Source: the human T2T-CHM13v2.0 reference genome, Homo sapiens. From it: DNA of 64,000 bases. Of this stretch, positions 26,150 to 39,027 are shown one piece after another. Location of the stretch: NCBI RefSeq assembly GCF_009914755.1, contig NC_060928.1; one strand, 5' to 3'. The first letter of the stretch is position 1, and every line of letters begins with the position of its first letter. The notes beneath the pieces were generated by a model. The model did not search any database. It was not told the origin of the DNA and saw only the letters and a program-made list of their open reading frames with translations. The position numbers and the translations under genes are program-made.

Positions 26150-26830
26150 TACCCAATAGCTAACTATTTAGCAAATCTCTTTTACCTTCAAATGCTTTCT
26201 GTTACTTCCTATTTCCACTGCTACTTTCTTACTGAGAAATCATCCATAATTCATCCTGCTGCCAAAGAGACCTCTCTAAAATTCAAGTCTAGTCTTTACC
26301 TTCTGAGTGCTGGAGAAGACGACATCGCCTACCACCATGACATCTGAAGTGTTTTTATATTTAACTACTTAATCTCCCAATAACCATTTTCCACAGGTCT
26401 AATGCTTTATATTTCACTTGCACTTCAGGAAATCTGAGTTTTTTCAAGTTTCCTATACATTATATTCCTTTTACACTTTCACAATTTTCACACTATTTGT
26501 TACTTCTTTCTGGAATGTTTTTCTATTCTTCCTACTTAAGGAATTTTTTTTTTTAAAGTACGTTCACACTCCAACTTAGGCATTGCATTGCTTAGAAAAT
26601 CTTTGCAGATAATACCTCCACAGGCCAATCCACATATCCTCTACCTTACCTCTGTAAAATGTATATGTGCTTATTTTTGCATTTATCACCAAGACACAAA
26701 AACAGTCATATCAGCCTCCCCAACTAAGCTATGAGTTCCTGAAAGAACATCACATTTCTTTCTTTGCAATAAAACAAGGTTTATGGATGGAATAAATAAA
26801 AAAATACAAAGGAAAATATGATTCACATGA
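26150..26830 (+). mobile_element. Decayed L2 fragments
   Basis: CATCCTGCTGCCAAAGAGACCTCTCTAAAATTCAAGTCT, CTTCTTTCTGGAATGTTTTTC and CTCCCCAACTAAGCTATGAGTTCCTGAAAG. Confidence 0.6.
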
Positions 26831-27780
26831 TAGGAGTAGGTAAATGTTAGTGTATTGAAAAATGAAGAATGGCAGAATGATAGCATCTTAGGATAGAATA
26901 AGGAACAATAGTTATTGAGGGCTCAGTACAGTTTAAAACATTATGCTGCCCCCTATGGGTTGTAACCATTCTGTGAGTTGTGTGTAATAAGGAGCCCATC
27001 TGCTTATTGTGGACTTGGTTAAGGTAAGTAAATTCCTTTCTTATATCCTAGGATACCTTCCTATAGTGATTAGGGTAGAAAGGCCCATAGTTAATGGACC
27101 ATTCAAGAGTTTCTGACTCAGATGAACTTGACCATTGTATAAAGACTTCCTATCTTAAGTGCTGTCTCAGATTTTATCTCAGTTCCAGCTAATTTGACTT
27201 TTTGTGTTCTCTTGTAATGAGATAACAGTCTTGCTTTCCATTTTAATTTTATTGAATATTGAATTCTTATTTTTTATAGACTTTTTGGCTGGTTTAATAG
27301 ATGGCAGATATATTTTAATATTTATCCTATTTAGAAGTAATTAGGAAACATAGCACTTATCTATAGGTAAATATCAAATTAAATGGAATAGTCATTCAAA
27401 TGAGAGCATTCACATGTATTCACTTATATTTAAAAAGTTATAAGCTATTATAATAGGAAATTTAAAAGGGATAATTATTGATACTTTTAATGTAACAATC
27501 TGATTGTAGAAGAACCATGCTTGATATATAAGGTTTTTTTTCTCTTTCTCATCAGATTTGGTTTTAGAATTAAATTTGTGAGTGACTTAGGATTGTAATG
27601 TAATATAATATTAACTGAACTAAAATGACAATTTCCAGACTGTACTTTAGGTAGCCAGGTATACAGAGACTTGTAGTTCAAATACATTTTACCTTTGCCT
27701 AATATATGCAGTGGGGCTTAGAGGAAAGAAAGAGGGAGAAAGAGAGACAGAGAACAAAAGCTAAATAATCAGTGTTGCAA

Positions 27781-28223
27781 TATGATGGTTAACAGTTATG
27801 ATGTTTATGGAAGAGATTAGTAGTTAAATCAGTAGACTGAGTAAAGAAAATCATTCCTCACCAATGTGGGTGGGTGTCGTCCAATATGAGAGGGCTCCAA
27901 CATGGAGGAAGGGCAAATTCTCTTCTTGAGCTGGAACCTTCATCTCCTGCCCTCAGACATCAGATCTCCTGGTTCTCTGGCCTTTGGACTCCAGTACTTA
28001 CACCAGTGGCTCCTCCTCCACCCCCGTACCCCATCACTCCAGTTTTTAGGCTGTTGGACTAGGAACAAAGTACACCACTGGCTTTCCTGGATCTCCAGCT
28101 TGCACATGGTATATTGTGGGAATTTCCAGCCTTCATAATCACGTGAGCCAATTCCCACAATAACTCTTCTCTAATATATATTTATATCTCCTATTGATTC
28201 TCTGGAGAATCCCAAGTAATACA
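27781..28223 (+). mobile_element. MLT2 (MLT2D/B-like) ERVL solo LTR
   Basis: GGAAGAGATTAG..AATCAGTAGACTGAGTAAAGAA..CTCACCAATGTGGGTGGG, CTCCTGGTTCTCTGGCCTTTGGACTC and CATAATCACGTGAGCCAATTCC...CTGGAGAATCCCAAGTAATACA. Confidence 0.88.
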
Positions 28224-28470
28224 AGAGTGAAAACACAGAAGCCAGACTGTCCACATGTTAGTCTCATCTTTAGCCCTTACACTCACTGAATTTAGGAAAG
28301 TCATATAGCTTCTCTATACCTCAGTTTCCTTTTTTGTAAAATTTAGATTACATAACAATTCATACCCTATAGGATACTTTTATGGTTCAAGTGAGTAAAC
28401 AGGTGTAAAGCAGTTATAAGAGTGTCTGGAAATAATAAATCCTATATACATGTTAGGTATTATTATTATT
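28224..28470 (+). mobile_element. MIR
   Basis: GAAGCCAGACTG...CTTCTCTATACCTCAGTTTCCTTTTTTGTAAAAT...GTAAAGCAGTTATAAGAGTGTCTGG. Confidence 0.75.
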
Positions 28471-28664
28471 TTTAAATGAAGAACTGTATTTTGTATTTTT
28501 AATACTTTTCTCTCCACCCGATTTAAAAAAAAGATTTAAAAATATGCTTAATCAAGAAGTGTACTTTAAATTAGCAGAAAAATCAATGTTTTTAGAAAAA
28601 TGCCCTTTCACATCCTCAAAGTGTTTCAGGCTCTCCAAAACCTTTGACAGACATATTATACATT

Positions 28665-29200
28665 TTTTCACTGATTCATTTATTTATTCATTTATTCACA
28701 AATATTTGTTGAGTACTTACTATGTGCCAGACACTGTTCTAACCAGGAGAGATAGAGTGGTGAATAAAAACACATACATGTATGCCTCCCTGCCCTGTAA
28801 AGCCTTCAATAAAATATTTCTCATTGTCTAATACATTCAATAAAATAGCTAAACTCAGACAATAAACTATAGATGAATCACCTTTATATTGTTTCATATC
28901 ATAAGGAAGTGAAAGAATATTCCAGACAATGGTCATTTCCCATTCAAGCTTTGTGGTGGGAGTGGTTAAGGTCAGTTATCCAGGAAAGAGCAATGAGGAG
29001 AATGTGTCTGGACCTGGGTGAGAGAGTGAGAGAGCACTCGGTGATGATGCCAAGGGGTGAAACACCATCATGTATATCTTATAGGCCATGGCAATGGTAT
29101 CGTTTCTATTCTGAGATAGGAGGTTATGAGAAGAGGAATGCCAGGATCAGACTGACAATTTAAGAGAATCACTATGCTTAAGTATAGACTATGGTGAGAA
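28665..29200 (-). mobile_element. L2 3' region
   Basis: ATTCATTTATTCACAAATATTTGTTGAGTACTTACTATGTGCCAGACACTGTTCTA is the reversed L2 terminus. Confidence 0.75.
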
Positions 29201-32200
29201 GAGAATAGGGTAAGTGTTTCAGAGCAATTCTGAGTGAGAAAAATAACTTACTGCAAAGTGAATGGACTAGAGGAAGAGTTCAGAATCAGTGGGGTACCAG
29301 GTACTCCAAGAAGAGCATCCAACAATTCATATGTACACATAGCACTGTCAGTTTGGTCTTAATTTAGCTCTAATAAAATATGCAGCATGAATAATGAATA
29401 TGGATGCATGGATTTTAATAAAATCTATATTCTTTAAGTGCATAGTGATCTAATAGAGAGTTTTATATCATTATGAATTGTCTTAATCAGTAGATTCTAA
29501 GAGAACAACTACTACAACGTAAGGGGCCTATAATTTTTCATTATTAAGTTTATGCTATTAAAAATTGGAAGCTCCTGTACTAAATAAGAGATCTTAAACT
29601 CTAGGTAAATTTTTTCCTCCGTTTCAAAAGAAAGACATGAAAAGTAACCAAATTTCTAAAGTAAGTCAGCAGACTGGCCAATATTGCCATATTTCTTGCT
29701 GTCTCCAAACTCTGTCCTAGGTGCTTCTCATGGCAGAAATTGAAGTTGACAATGTAGGGGCAGGAACACCCACAAGAATACTGAGGATTCTGGCTCAGCC
29801 ATTACTGCTGTGGGATCCCATTTTCTTAAATTTCAAGATCTGGAGGTCTTCAGGCACTAAATGTCTTGAATTTTCCCAAAGCAATACAATATTTCCATTT
29901 AAAATATATCCTATATCTCATCCTCCACATCTGTTTATAGTGATACACAAATAGGAGGAAATAATTTAAATCAAACCTATACACACCTAAATGATTTTAC
30001 ATGGACATAGAAAAATTTCATTGTCACTGGTTGTCCAAACCACATTTTGGAATTAATAATGAGATTTTAGAATTAAATTTTTTTTTAATTGGTGCTCTGT
30101 TTATTACCTTCCAGAATTGTCAGAAAGTTAGCATAATGATAATAAACAGCACTAAACAAGTAGCGTTACTTTTCTCAGTTTGATAAAAATTTGCTAGAAG
30201 ATTGACATAATTTGTTAAATTCACAAGCAAAAATGGTCAATCTCTTTATTATTTATACATAAATATATAGACATAAGTATAGGCACTTTTGTTAATATTT
30301 AGATTAAATCCTCAGTTTGTTGGTTAGAATGAGGAAGTGGCATTTTATAATATTCCCAGCCTCTATTTTGCTACTGTCCACTAAAATAAATCACACTGTA
30401 ACTAGTATCAATATATTTTCGTTTCCTCAGAGAGCCCCCTTTACCAAGATGTGTCCTCTATTTCAAGGTCAGTGCATTAATGACAGCACATTACTCTGGT
30501 GAGTCAGTCCAACCCCTTAGCTTGCAAAATGCTCAAATTTTGCTAAAAGCAACTCTTGAATTAATTGTAACTATTTGGTCAGCTCAGATTCAAATGATTC
30601 CATCTGGATTTGCCAAATAGGACTTTGTAGAAGAAAGTGAAGCCTCTTTTAAACACTAGGCTATGTTCCATTTTGTTTTAGAAATAGCTACAGAATAAAG
30701 CTTTATCTTCTGTTTCCTGAATTATTATGGCACAACACAGGGCAATCCTTTCTGGTATTTCTCATGCTCTGTTCTTTGTCTCCTGACATTGGAAGCTTTT
30801 TTATTTAACTAGTATTTCCACTTCATGATCAAATTAATTTGTATCCACTCCTCAACTTGTCTTCTTTCAAAACTCCAGTTTAATTACAAACATATCTTTG
30901 TGTTAGATAAGCAACAAAGACAGCAATATAGAGAAGGTTGATGGGAATCTGTCTGCATTATTTACCAAATGCTTCAGTATTTCCAAGCAGCTGACGACAG
31001 ACTAGTAGCCAATCCAAATTCATTTCCAGAGAGACACATAAAAACTTTACTGCTTAACAGAGCTCAAAATATCCACCTGTCTCTCCAACTAAAGTGCAAG
31101 CAGAGACTATACTGCTGATGCAGGAGATCTTCTCTAATCTTTTACATTGGGTAGAACCATCTGATGCTAATTATATTATGGCTATTTGTAATTCTTGTTT
31201 ATTCTTGAAATTTTTATTGCTTCAGGTTTGGTTGATTGAGTAGCTGGGAAGAAAATGCCAGATCATGGAAATGTGTGTGAATATGTACATGCATGCAATG
31301 CCTGAAGATATGTACAATTGTCCTGAACTCTGCAAGTTCTAACTGCAAATGCTCTCACATCTCTTCTACATTTCTTCTTAAATGCTTGAGCACCCCTACT
31401 TCTCATTAGTAAGAAGTCTGTTATTATCTTCTTGAGGAAACTCTCTCCCAGTACTTCAAGCAATTACACAGTTTAACAGGGGGTTCATTTTAGCTTCCCA
31501 AATCAAATGCTGAGAAAATCCAGGATCAGCTTATCACTGTCATAGCCTCTTGCTGCTGCACAGTGTGTGGCACAGTCTAATTCTCCCATGGCTCAAGGTG
31601 GCTGAGTATGGCTGCCTTTCACCTAGGTTCTCATAAGACAGTTTTTTCTGTTTACAAATACATCTACTGAGTGTCATGGTGGCATTGAGACAGCAGTAAG
31701 AGCTCAGGGGCTGGTTCTGTGCCCACCCCTCTTCATCCTTGGGTAAATGTTCTCCTTGCCTCCTTGAGATTCCAATCTAGAACAGTTAGGGTGATTTACT
31801 CTCATAAGGAACATTCTCAAAAGGAGTCTAGGTGATTTTATCATTGGCTAATATATTAAAAAATATGTGTGTGCTTATGAATTCATATCAAATAAAACAT
31901 GTTTATGCGTGATAGATGTACTCACACGTTAAATAATTAGATCTAACATGCCACTTACATTTTTGGCAATGAAACAGGATCACTGTAATGTACACATAGT
32001 ACACAAGTGTTGCTATTTTCCCCATAATCTACATCAGAGGAAACACATGATTATATGTCTCAAATATCTATTCTGAACTCTTGAAGAACCATTACATACA
32101 GCGTGAAGCTCTAGGTACCAATCTTACGTATATACATTTTTAATGCATGATCTATTTTAGGTTACTTGTGATGATTAGATGAGAAGGGAAATGTGTAACA

Positions 32201-32961
32201 AAATTGGATCCTATCTAAAAATCCAGTAATGATTTTTAGATATATATTATGCTGTGACACATTAGGCTTTTATAGAAAGTGAAATCACTATGCCAGAACC
32301 ACGGACATTTAATAAAAATAAAGGAAAACCTGTTAAAGGCAAATGCCTTACTATGTAGTAATATCCTTTCACCTTTCCTTGCAATTTCTCCACTTGGCAC
32401 AAAGAATCTTGGTGCTTTTAAGTGTTTTTATGTAGCTAGCAGAATGGATTTTTCAATATATCTTGATTCCCAGAGGCTTTACAGGTTTTGCAAACCTATG
32501 ACAAACTATAATTTGTATAAGTGTTATTTTCTTATATGAATGCCATTATTCCATATGATGGGTTTGCTGAGTGGACAGAGTATTGAATTTTCTTCTCTGT
32601 GGTATTCTCGGGATCCACTGTAGTTCTAAAGACTTAAAAATTGAATAAAGGAGGAACAGGATGAAAATTAACAGAGCAGAGAATCCCCAGCTGAGGGAGA
32701 AATAAATGGCTTCATAAACTTTGAATCAGTGCAGCAAAAGAGGTTACATCCAAGGGCTAAAGACACCTGTTAAAGGTTTTTGTTCCTTCTCTATCTGAGG
32801 ATCTTATATTGTGGTATAAGATAGTTCTTATGTTACCTTTGTGATATATAGCCGTGTAACTAATACGCATATGATCTAAGTAGGTAAAGTTGTTTGTAAC
32901 AAATTTACTAATGCCTTCCCTTAACTTCCATACATCTATGAATTCAATAAGTATTGGTCAC

Positions 32962-33386
32962 TGTTATGGGAGGAATCGTGTCTCCTAAAATGTCCAGTAT
33001 TGAAGTCCTAATGCCCAGTATCTCAGAATGTGATCATATTTGGACACAGAGTAATCAAGTAAAATGAGGTCATTAGGATGGGCCTTAATCCAATATCATT
33101 AGTATACTTATAAAAACAGGAAATCTGAAGACAGACTCATTTAGAGGGAGAATGTTATATGAACATGAGACATGCTTGGAGGGAGAATTCCATGTGAACA
33201 TGAATAGTCATCTGCAAGCAAGAGAAGCCTGGAACAGATCTTTTTTTCACAGCCCTTAGAAGAAACCAACCCTAGAACACCTTAATTTCCAACTTCTAGA
33301 CACCTGACCTGAAATACAGTAAATTTGTGTTGTTTAAACCACCAGTTTGTGGTAGTTTGTTAAGGCAGTCCTAGAAAACTAATACA
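32962..33386 (+). mobile_element. MaLR solo LTR (MLT1B-like) nested in an L2
   Basis: TGTTATGGG...TTGAAGTCCTAATGCCCAGTATCTCAGAATGTGA...AAATGAGGTCATTAGGATGGGCCTTAATCCAATAT...AGAAAACTAATACA. Confidence 0.9.
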
Positions 33387-34330
33387 GAAACCTATCAAGT
33401 GACAGATAATATTCTAGGTGGTCAAGAGACAGATAAGAAAACATTATATAATGCTCTGAAGTTTCCAGTAAAGAGTAAAGAGCAAGAACATAAACAAGTG
33501 CCATCATTGTGACATATGCTGAGCAGAGGGATGTCCAGGACATTTTAGATGTACAGAAGAGGAACAGACTAACTCAGCTAGGGAACCAGGGAAGTCAGGA
33601 CCTCTAGAGCTGAGTCTTAAAATAGGAATGAGCAAGATAGAAAACAAAAAGTCTGTAGTCTAGATAGGGTGGATTATCAAACCAAGGTGGTATAGGAAGT
33701 TGTAGTTCCTTTTGGAAATTTTAAGCAGGTTATTCGACCTAGGTTTGGCTTAGGGATGTTATAGGAAGAGTATTTGGAAAGACAAGAGGCCAAGACAGAA
33801 CAAGCTGAAATTAAAAAAAAAAAGAGAGAATATTTGGTATAGCATGCTAAAGATTTGAAATGAAGGATTTAAAGTAGGGAATTATAAGACATTTTAACAT
33901 GAAGGAAATTTATTTTGTTATAGTCTGTAGATTGGATTGAATAAAAGTATGGTGTTAAGCTGGGAAATGGGTAGCAAATTTGGTAGCTATTGCTATAACT
34001 AAATGATCAAGTTATTGACAAATCAGTTGTTGTATATATGGAAAAGGAGCCTGTCATTCTACAAATGAGATTGCAGTGTTTAGGCAGTTTATTCACATTT
34101 GTGCAACTGATCAATGGCATGACTGAAATTTGAAGTTGTACCTGATTCCAGAGCCTGTTCTCCACTCTGCTATATTGCATCCAGAAAGAGTCAGATGCAG
34201 GCAATAGTGGGACCTTGAGACACTACAGAAGCAGAACAGGGCAGTGTTGGGAAGAGAACAGTGTGATGATGCACACTTCAGAGGCTTCTATTTTGGGATG
34301 TGGTTGACATCATTGGAATAAGGGGTAAGG
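33387..34330 (-). mobile_element. Decayed L2 with an embedded MIR (about 34010-34180)
   Basis: L2-like purine-rich motifs GAGCTGAGTCTTAAAATAGG and GCATGCTAAAGATTTG. MIR-like CATTCTACAAATGAG...CCTGATTCCAGAGCCTGTTCTC. Confidence 0.55.
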
Positions 34331-34830
34331 CCTCTTCAACAAGCCTTAGGACTGAGAATGGAATTCCAAAGTAAAGAGAAAGGTGCTTGAAGGAAGAAAT
34401 GCACTAGCATGATGAGAGTTCATGAATTAGAATCTATGTGCAAGGATATTTTAAAGGTGCTCCTTAGATACTACCTAGCATGTAACATGCATGATATGTT
34501 GTATGTTTCCACAGATTTGAGGCACCTACACAGTGAGAGAGGAATTTAGAAAGAAGTGACAAATGTATAGCTTAATTTTCCACATATTTTAATCAATGAG
34601 ATTTTTTCTTACTATAGTCTTAGATTTTAAAATTACTAACCAAAGAAGTAACTAACTCTTAAGAGTGAGATTCTAAATTTCAGAATCGGAATACTACCTT
34701 TCTCAGAGTAGGATATTCACTTTTGCAAGGTGTATTCAGCAATTTATTAGATGGGAAATCAAGTTTCAGAGTGAGTCTTGGGCCTTTAAATAGTCAAGAC
34801 AGGCTACTCCTGAAACAAACTTCGAAAGTC

Positions 34831-34964
34831 ATATGTATTAAGGATAGGTAAGTCTTCTTACTGAATTGAACCATGTATCATTATGTAGTTACCTTCTTTG
34901 TCTGTTTTTATTGTTGTTTGTTTAAAGTCTGTCTTATCTGATACAAGAATAGCGTCCCCTGCTC
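34831..34964 (-). mobile_element. Inverted L1 ORF2 endonuclease-region fragment
   Basis: TTAAGGATAGGTAAGTCTTCTTACTGAATTGAACC...TTTAAAGTCTGTCTTATCTGATACAAGAATAGC..CCCTGCTC is the reverse complement of early ORF2. Confidence 0.85.
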
Positions 34965-35505
34965 AAAGAACTTAAAACAGTACTATCATTTGATCCAGAA
35001 ATCCCATTACTGGAAAAGAAATTTTTCTACCAAAAAGACACATTAACTTGTGTATTTGTCACAGCACCATTTACAGTAGCAAAGATATAGAATCAAACTA
35101 AGTGCTAATCAGTGGTAGATTAGATAAAGAAAATGTGGTATATATACCCCATGGAATACTATACAACCATAAAAAGAACAAAATCACATGTCATTTGAAG
35201 CAATATTGATGCAGTTGGAGGAAATCATCTTCAGAAAATTAATGAAGAAACATAAAACTAAATGACGTATGTTCTCACTTATAAGTGGAGGCTAAACATT
35301 GGTTACAGTCGGACATAAAGATAGGAAAAATACACACTGGGGACTCCAAAAGGAGGAAGAAAGGGAAGAAGAGAAAGGGCTGAAAAACTTCCTCTGGGCA
35401 CTAGGTGATGGGATCAACAGAAGCCCAAACCTCAGCATCACGCAATATACACTGGTAACAAACCTGTACATGTACCCCTTGAATCTAAAATTAAAATTTA
35501 AAAAT
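34965..35505 (+). mobile_element. L1 3' end (L1PA15-17/L1PB-like)
   Basis: AAAGAACTTAAAACAG..CTATCATTTGATCCAG..ATCCCATTACTGG...AGCCCAAACCTCAGCATCACGCAATATAC...GTACCCCTTGAATCTAAAAT. Confidence 0.9.
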
Positions 35506-35899
35506 GTCAGATACACTAGCTTATTCTACAGAAATATGAAACCTACACAATTCAGAGACTTAAAGAAACACTGATTTATTTCTCTGGAGACCATTATCTC
35601 ACCAATTAAATGCATTAAAATGAGTGACCCTCATCATTTCTACACCCATGTCATTGGCCAAAACAGTTCACATGACCACAATTAACTTCAAAGTCGGGGA
35701 GAACATTTTCTCATGAACATAGAAACATAATAAAAGAAATATTTGTGAGCAGCAGTAAGGCCTTCTCCAAAACAACCAAATATTTCAGTGACTTCACACA
35801 CACAAATGCATTGCTCCTGTCACTGTGTCCCTGCACATGCATGCACATGTGTACACACCCACGTGTGTGTAGATATATGCACACAGCTGTGTTTCTCCA

Positions 35900-36200
35900 G
35901 TGATCTGTTCCACATCATCATTTGGAGACCCAGTTCTCTTGTATTTTTTGACTCTATCCCACTCCAGAGTCTTCATGCAGCTGCTGGATTGAGAGAAAGC
36001 ATAAGGCTTACACATAGGAAAATCCTATGGCCCAGGTCTGAAAGTGATGACATCTCTTCCATTTATATTTCATTGACAAAAATGCAGTCATTCTGCCACA
36101 TCTGACTGCAAGAGGGGTTGAGAAACCTTTCCTAGGCACACGGTTCACTAACCGTGTGCCTAGGAAAAAGCGGTAAACAGACTTTTGGTAATTATTCACA
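35900..36200 (-). mobile_element. Old LTR fragment (LTR33/MLT1-like)
   Basis: TTTCATTGACAAAAATGCAGTCAT..GCCACATCTGACTGCAAGAGGGGTTGAGAAA...GTGTGCCTAGGAAAAAG..AAACAGACTTTTGGT. Subfamily uncertain. Confidence 0.5.
36128..36167. repeat. Perfect inverted repeat, 18-bp arms, 4-nt spacer
   Basis: TTTCCTAGGCACACGGTT-CACT-AACCGTGTGCCTAGGAAA. Confidence 0.98.
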
Positions 36201-37414
36201 GATTAAATGAACTCTAATTCCTTAAGCAAAATATCTCACTACACTTCCTTCTGACTTCATAGAAAGTAAGTCCCTTAATAGGGACAGAGAGGTCATTGGT
36301 CATTAACTCTAGAAAAGTCAACAAAACCTCCTAACACTTTGTGTTTAAGAAGTTAAAATGATTTATCAAATGGTGAATTATTAGCTTATTGCTTTTGACT
36401 ACGTAGAGAAATATTCCCTCTCTCTCAACTCCATAGCTCCCTGATAACCTGAGTATGTGAAGAATAAACTTTTATTTATTGAAGTAATTTCATTTTTATT
36501 ATAAGTAAATCTCATTGTCTGCTACAAAGGGCCCTTTGACTCAGGAAGAGAATACTAATTTAAGGGACAAATTCATATATGTTTCCTTTTTTCAGAGGGT
36601 TAGGATCCAGATGAAAGGGAAGGTCATTTTGTTAAATAGTTTTCTAGACTTTTGTAATCTCAGCAAAGCAGGAATAAATATTGTTTTAAATTTTCTATTG
36701 AGTGGGAATCAGAATATGGGAACATTATATACAATAAATGTTATTTGAGTAATGCTGTATGAAAAACTTTGGTCTCACAGGCAGCGTGAGAACCATCTTC
36801 TTGCAGAATATGTGATAAGAAAATACATATTCCCTAGTATTTGCTGTCTTTTGGTTGTAAAAGACTTTGCTACAGAATGGACAAGGTTTTGATTTTCATT
36901 GAGTGTACTAAAATATACCTTGAGGTTACTGTTAAAAATTCAGGAATGCTTGTGAGGAAATATGAGGGTGTTTGTGAATTGCTCTGCACCTAGGGTCCAT
37001 ATTAATTTTAGATATTGTGCACAGAAACTCACTTTATACATATCTGTGTAAGGCTACACTAGTTAAGGGAAACAGTTCATTTTAAAATTTTAGTAATCCA
37101 GACTGCTATAATTAGAAATACTAGCAATAATGTTTTCATTGTATAATTAGAGGAAATAAAAATTATACTTAGAACTTACATAGAGATTTCATTTCAGATA
37201 TTCAAAGTATTTGTTAATATTAATTGCATAATAATTACTCTGCAGGGAACAGATATAGAGGTTCTCTCATGTATCTGGACATTCTTTCTATGCTTTATCT
37301 TTCAATGTTGATTTTAGGAGCAGATGGTTTTTCTCGTATCTGGCTATACTCTATATTAAAAATACCCTACCTCTAATTGTAGATTAAAATGTCATTAAAG
37401 TGAATGTTTGAAGC

Positions 37415-37625
37415 TACCATGTTTTGAGAACCCATTGTTAGGTAGGCACTGTAGCAAAAACTAGGCACAAATAACCCTAGGGATTAAGTACTATTTAGTT
37501 CAACTTTAAATCTCAGAGAAATGGGGAACTAAAATTTAATCATCAAACTCCATACAAATATTAAACAGAGCAGGGATGGAACTCCAGGTCTGTCTCACTC
37601 CACAATCCTTTCCCAATCTGCCACA
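37415..37625 (-). mobile_element. MIR fragment
   Basis: AGGCACTGTAGCAAA...CAGAGCAGGGATGGAACTCCAGGTCTGTCTCACTCCA. Confidence 0.6.
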
Positions 37626-37819
37626 TTAAAAAAAAAAAAGAAGATATAAGAAGATATTACCATCCATTTAATATATTGGAGGTAGCATAGGAAGTTGAAA
37701 TTAAGCAAATAGTGGTTTTATATTTATTTAGTGTTGGAAATCAGACTTTTTAAAAGATAATGATCTAGTAGTCTAAAGTGTCCCTTGGGGTCATTGGTTA
37801 TTTGGTAACACGATCAAGG

Positions 37820-38280
37820 TTTCCCATGCAGTACCTTTGCCTTTGTATTTTCTTATCTAGAAAGACTTTCTCCCCTTCTCTGCCTGATAAACTCCCACTC
37901 TTCTTTTTCGTTTCTGCACTCTTTCTTTTAATCCTTTGAATAATTCATTGCTCCTATTGTGTTTTCTTTGCAGTTTGTGTCTATTAGAAATTTCTTATGT
38001 TATTGTTCATTATTTAAATGTTCATTTTCCCAATTCGATTTTGAGTTCCTTGAGGAACTCCTCAGTGCCCTTCACAGTTGTTGCTCACAGTCAGTGGGTT
38101 AATAAATGGGTGATAAATATCTCTCATTTATGCAGATTAAAGGGATAGTGTGTTATAATGGCGAGAACACTATCATTGCATGAGTCATTTAACCAGACCT
38201 CTATTTTCTCTGCTGTAAATGGTGGGTGTTGGGCTAGATAGCTTCCAATATTATTTCTAAATCTACTGTTGTCTGATTTA
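37820..38280 (+). mobile_element. L2 3' fragment followed by a MIR fragment
   Basis: CTCTGCCTGATAAACTCCCACTC...TTTGAGTTCCTTGAGG...AATAAATG, then GAGTCATTTAAC...CTGTAAATGGTGGGTGTTGGGCTAGAT. Confidence 0.55.
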
Positions 38281-38730
38281 CCCAAGTGCTGTTTTTACTG
38301 TCAGTAGAAAACATACATAGAAATCATTGAGAAATTACCTTTTGCTACACTTATTTATTTTTGCTATTTCTACTATGCTAAGCAATATAAGAACTCAAAC
38401 CTTCTCTATCGTGATAAAAATCAAATGTCTACAGATGTAGCATAAGGAAAAAAGTAACTTTCTGTATGCAGTTCTGATTTTCTTTTGCCTATGATAATTG
38501 CAAATCCATCTATAGAAATAACCTTTATGTTACAAATATACATATTTGTAGTTGATATTCCTTATCAAAGGCTCATTTTTAAGAGATTAAATTATCATCT
38601 TGATATGACTTAGCACCTAAAAATAATCTGGATCAGAACTCTGTAATTGTTGTCAGAATCTTATAAGTTCCACCTTTGCCATCTGCTTGCTCTATGAGAC
38701 TGGGCAAATCATTTAAAATTAAGAGCCTGA

Positions 38731-39027
38731 GGCCAGGTGTGGTGGCTCACACCTGAAATCCCAGCACTTTGCAAGGCTGAGGAGGACCTCTTGAAGCCAG
38801 GAGTTCCAGACCAGCCTGGACAATATAGTGAGACCACATCATTACAAAAAAACAGTTAACTGGGTATTGCTGGGTGTGCCTGTAGTCCCAGCAACTTAGG
38901 AAGCTGAAGTGAGAGGATTATTTCAGCCCAGGAATTCGAGGATACAGTGACTTATGCTAGCACCACTGCACTCTACCCTGGGTGGCAGAATGGGACCCTG
39001 TTTCTAAATGAACGAACAAACAAAAAA
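38731..39027 (+). mobile_element. Alu (AluJ-type) inserted in a MIR (about 38640-39110)
   Basis: Diverged Alu dimer. The flanks TGAGACTGGGCAAATCATTTAA and GCCTTTTCCTCATAGTTAAAATG rejoin as a MIR core. Confidence 0.9.

Noticed and set aside
35820-35892. Alternating purine-pyrimidine stretch (possible Z-DNA or hairpin)
   Set aside because: It is a degenerate (CA/TG) low-complexity tract with interruptions, which is common in primate DNA.
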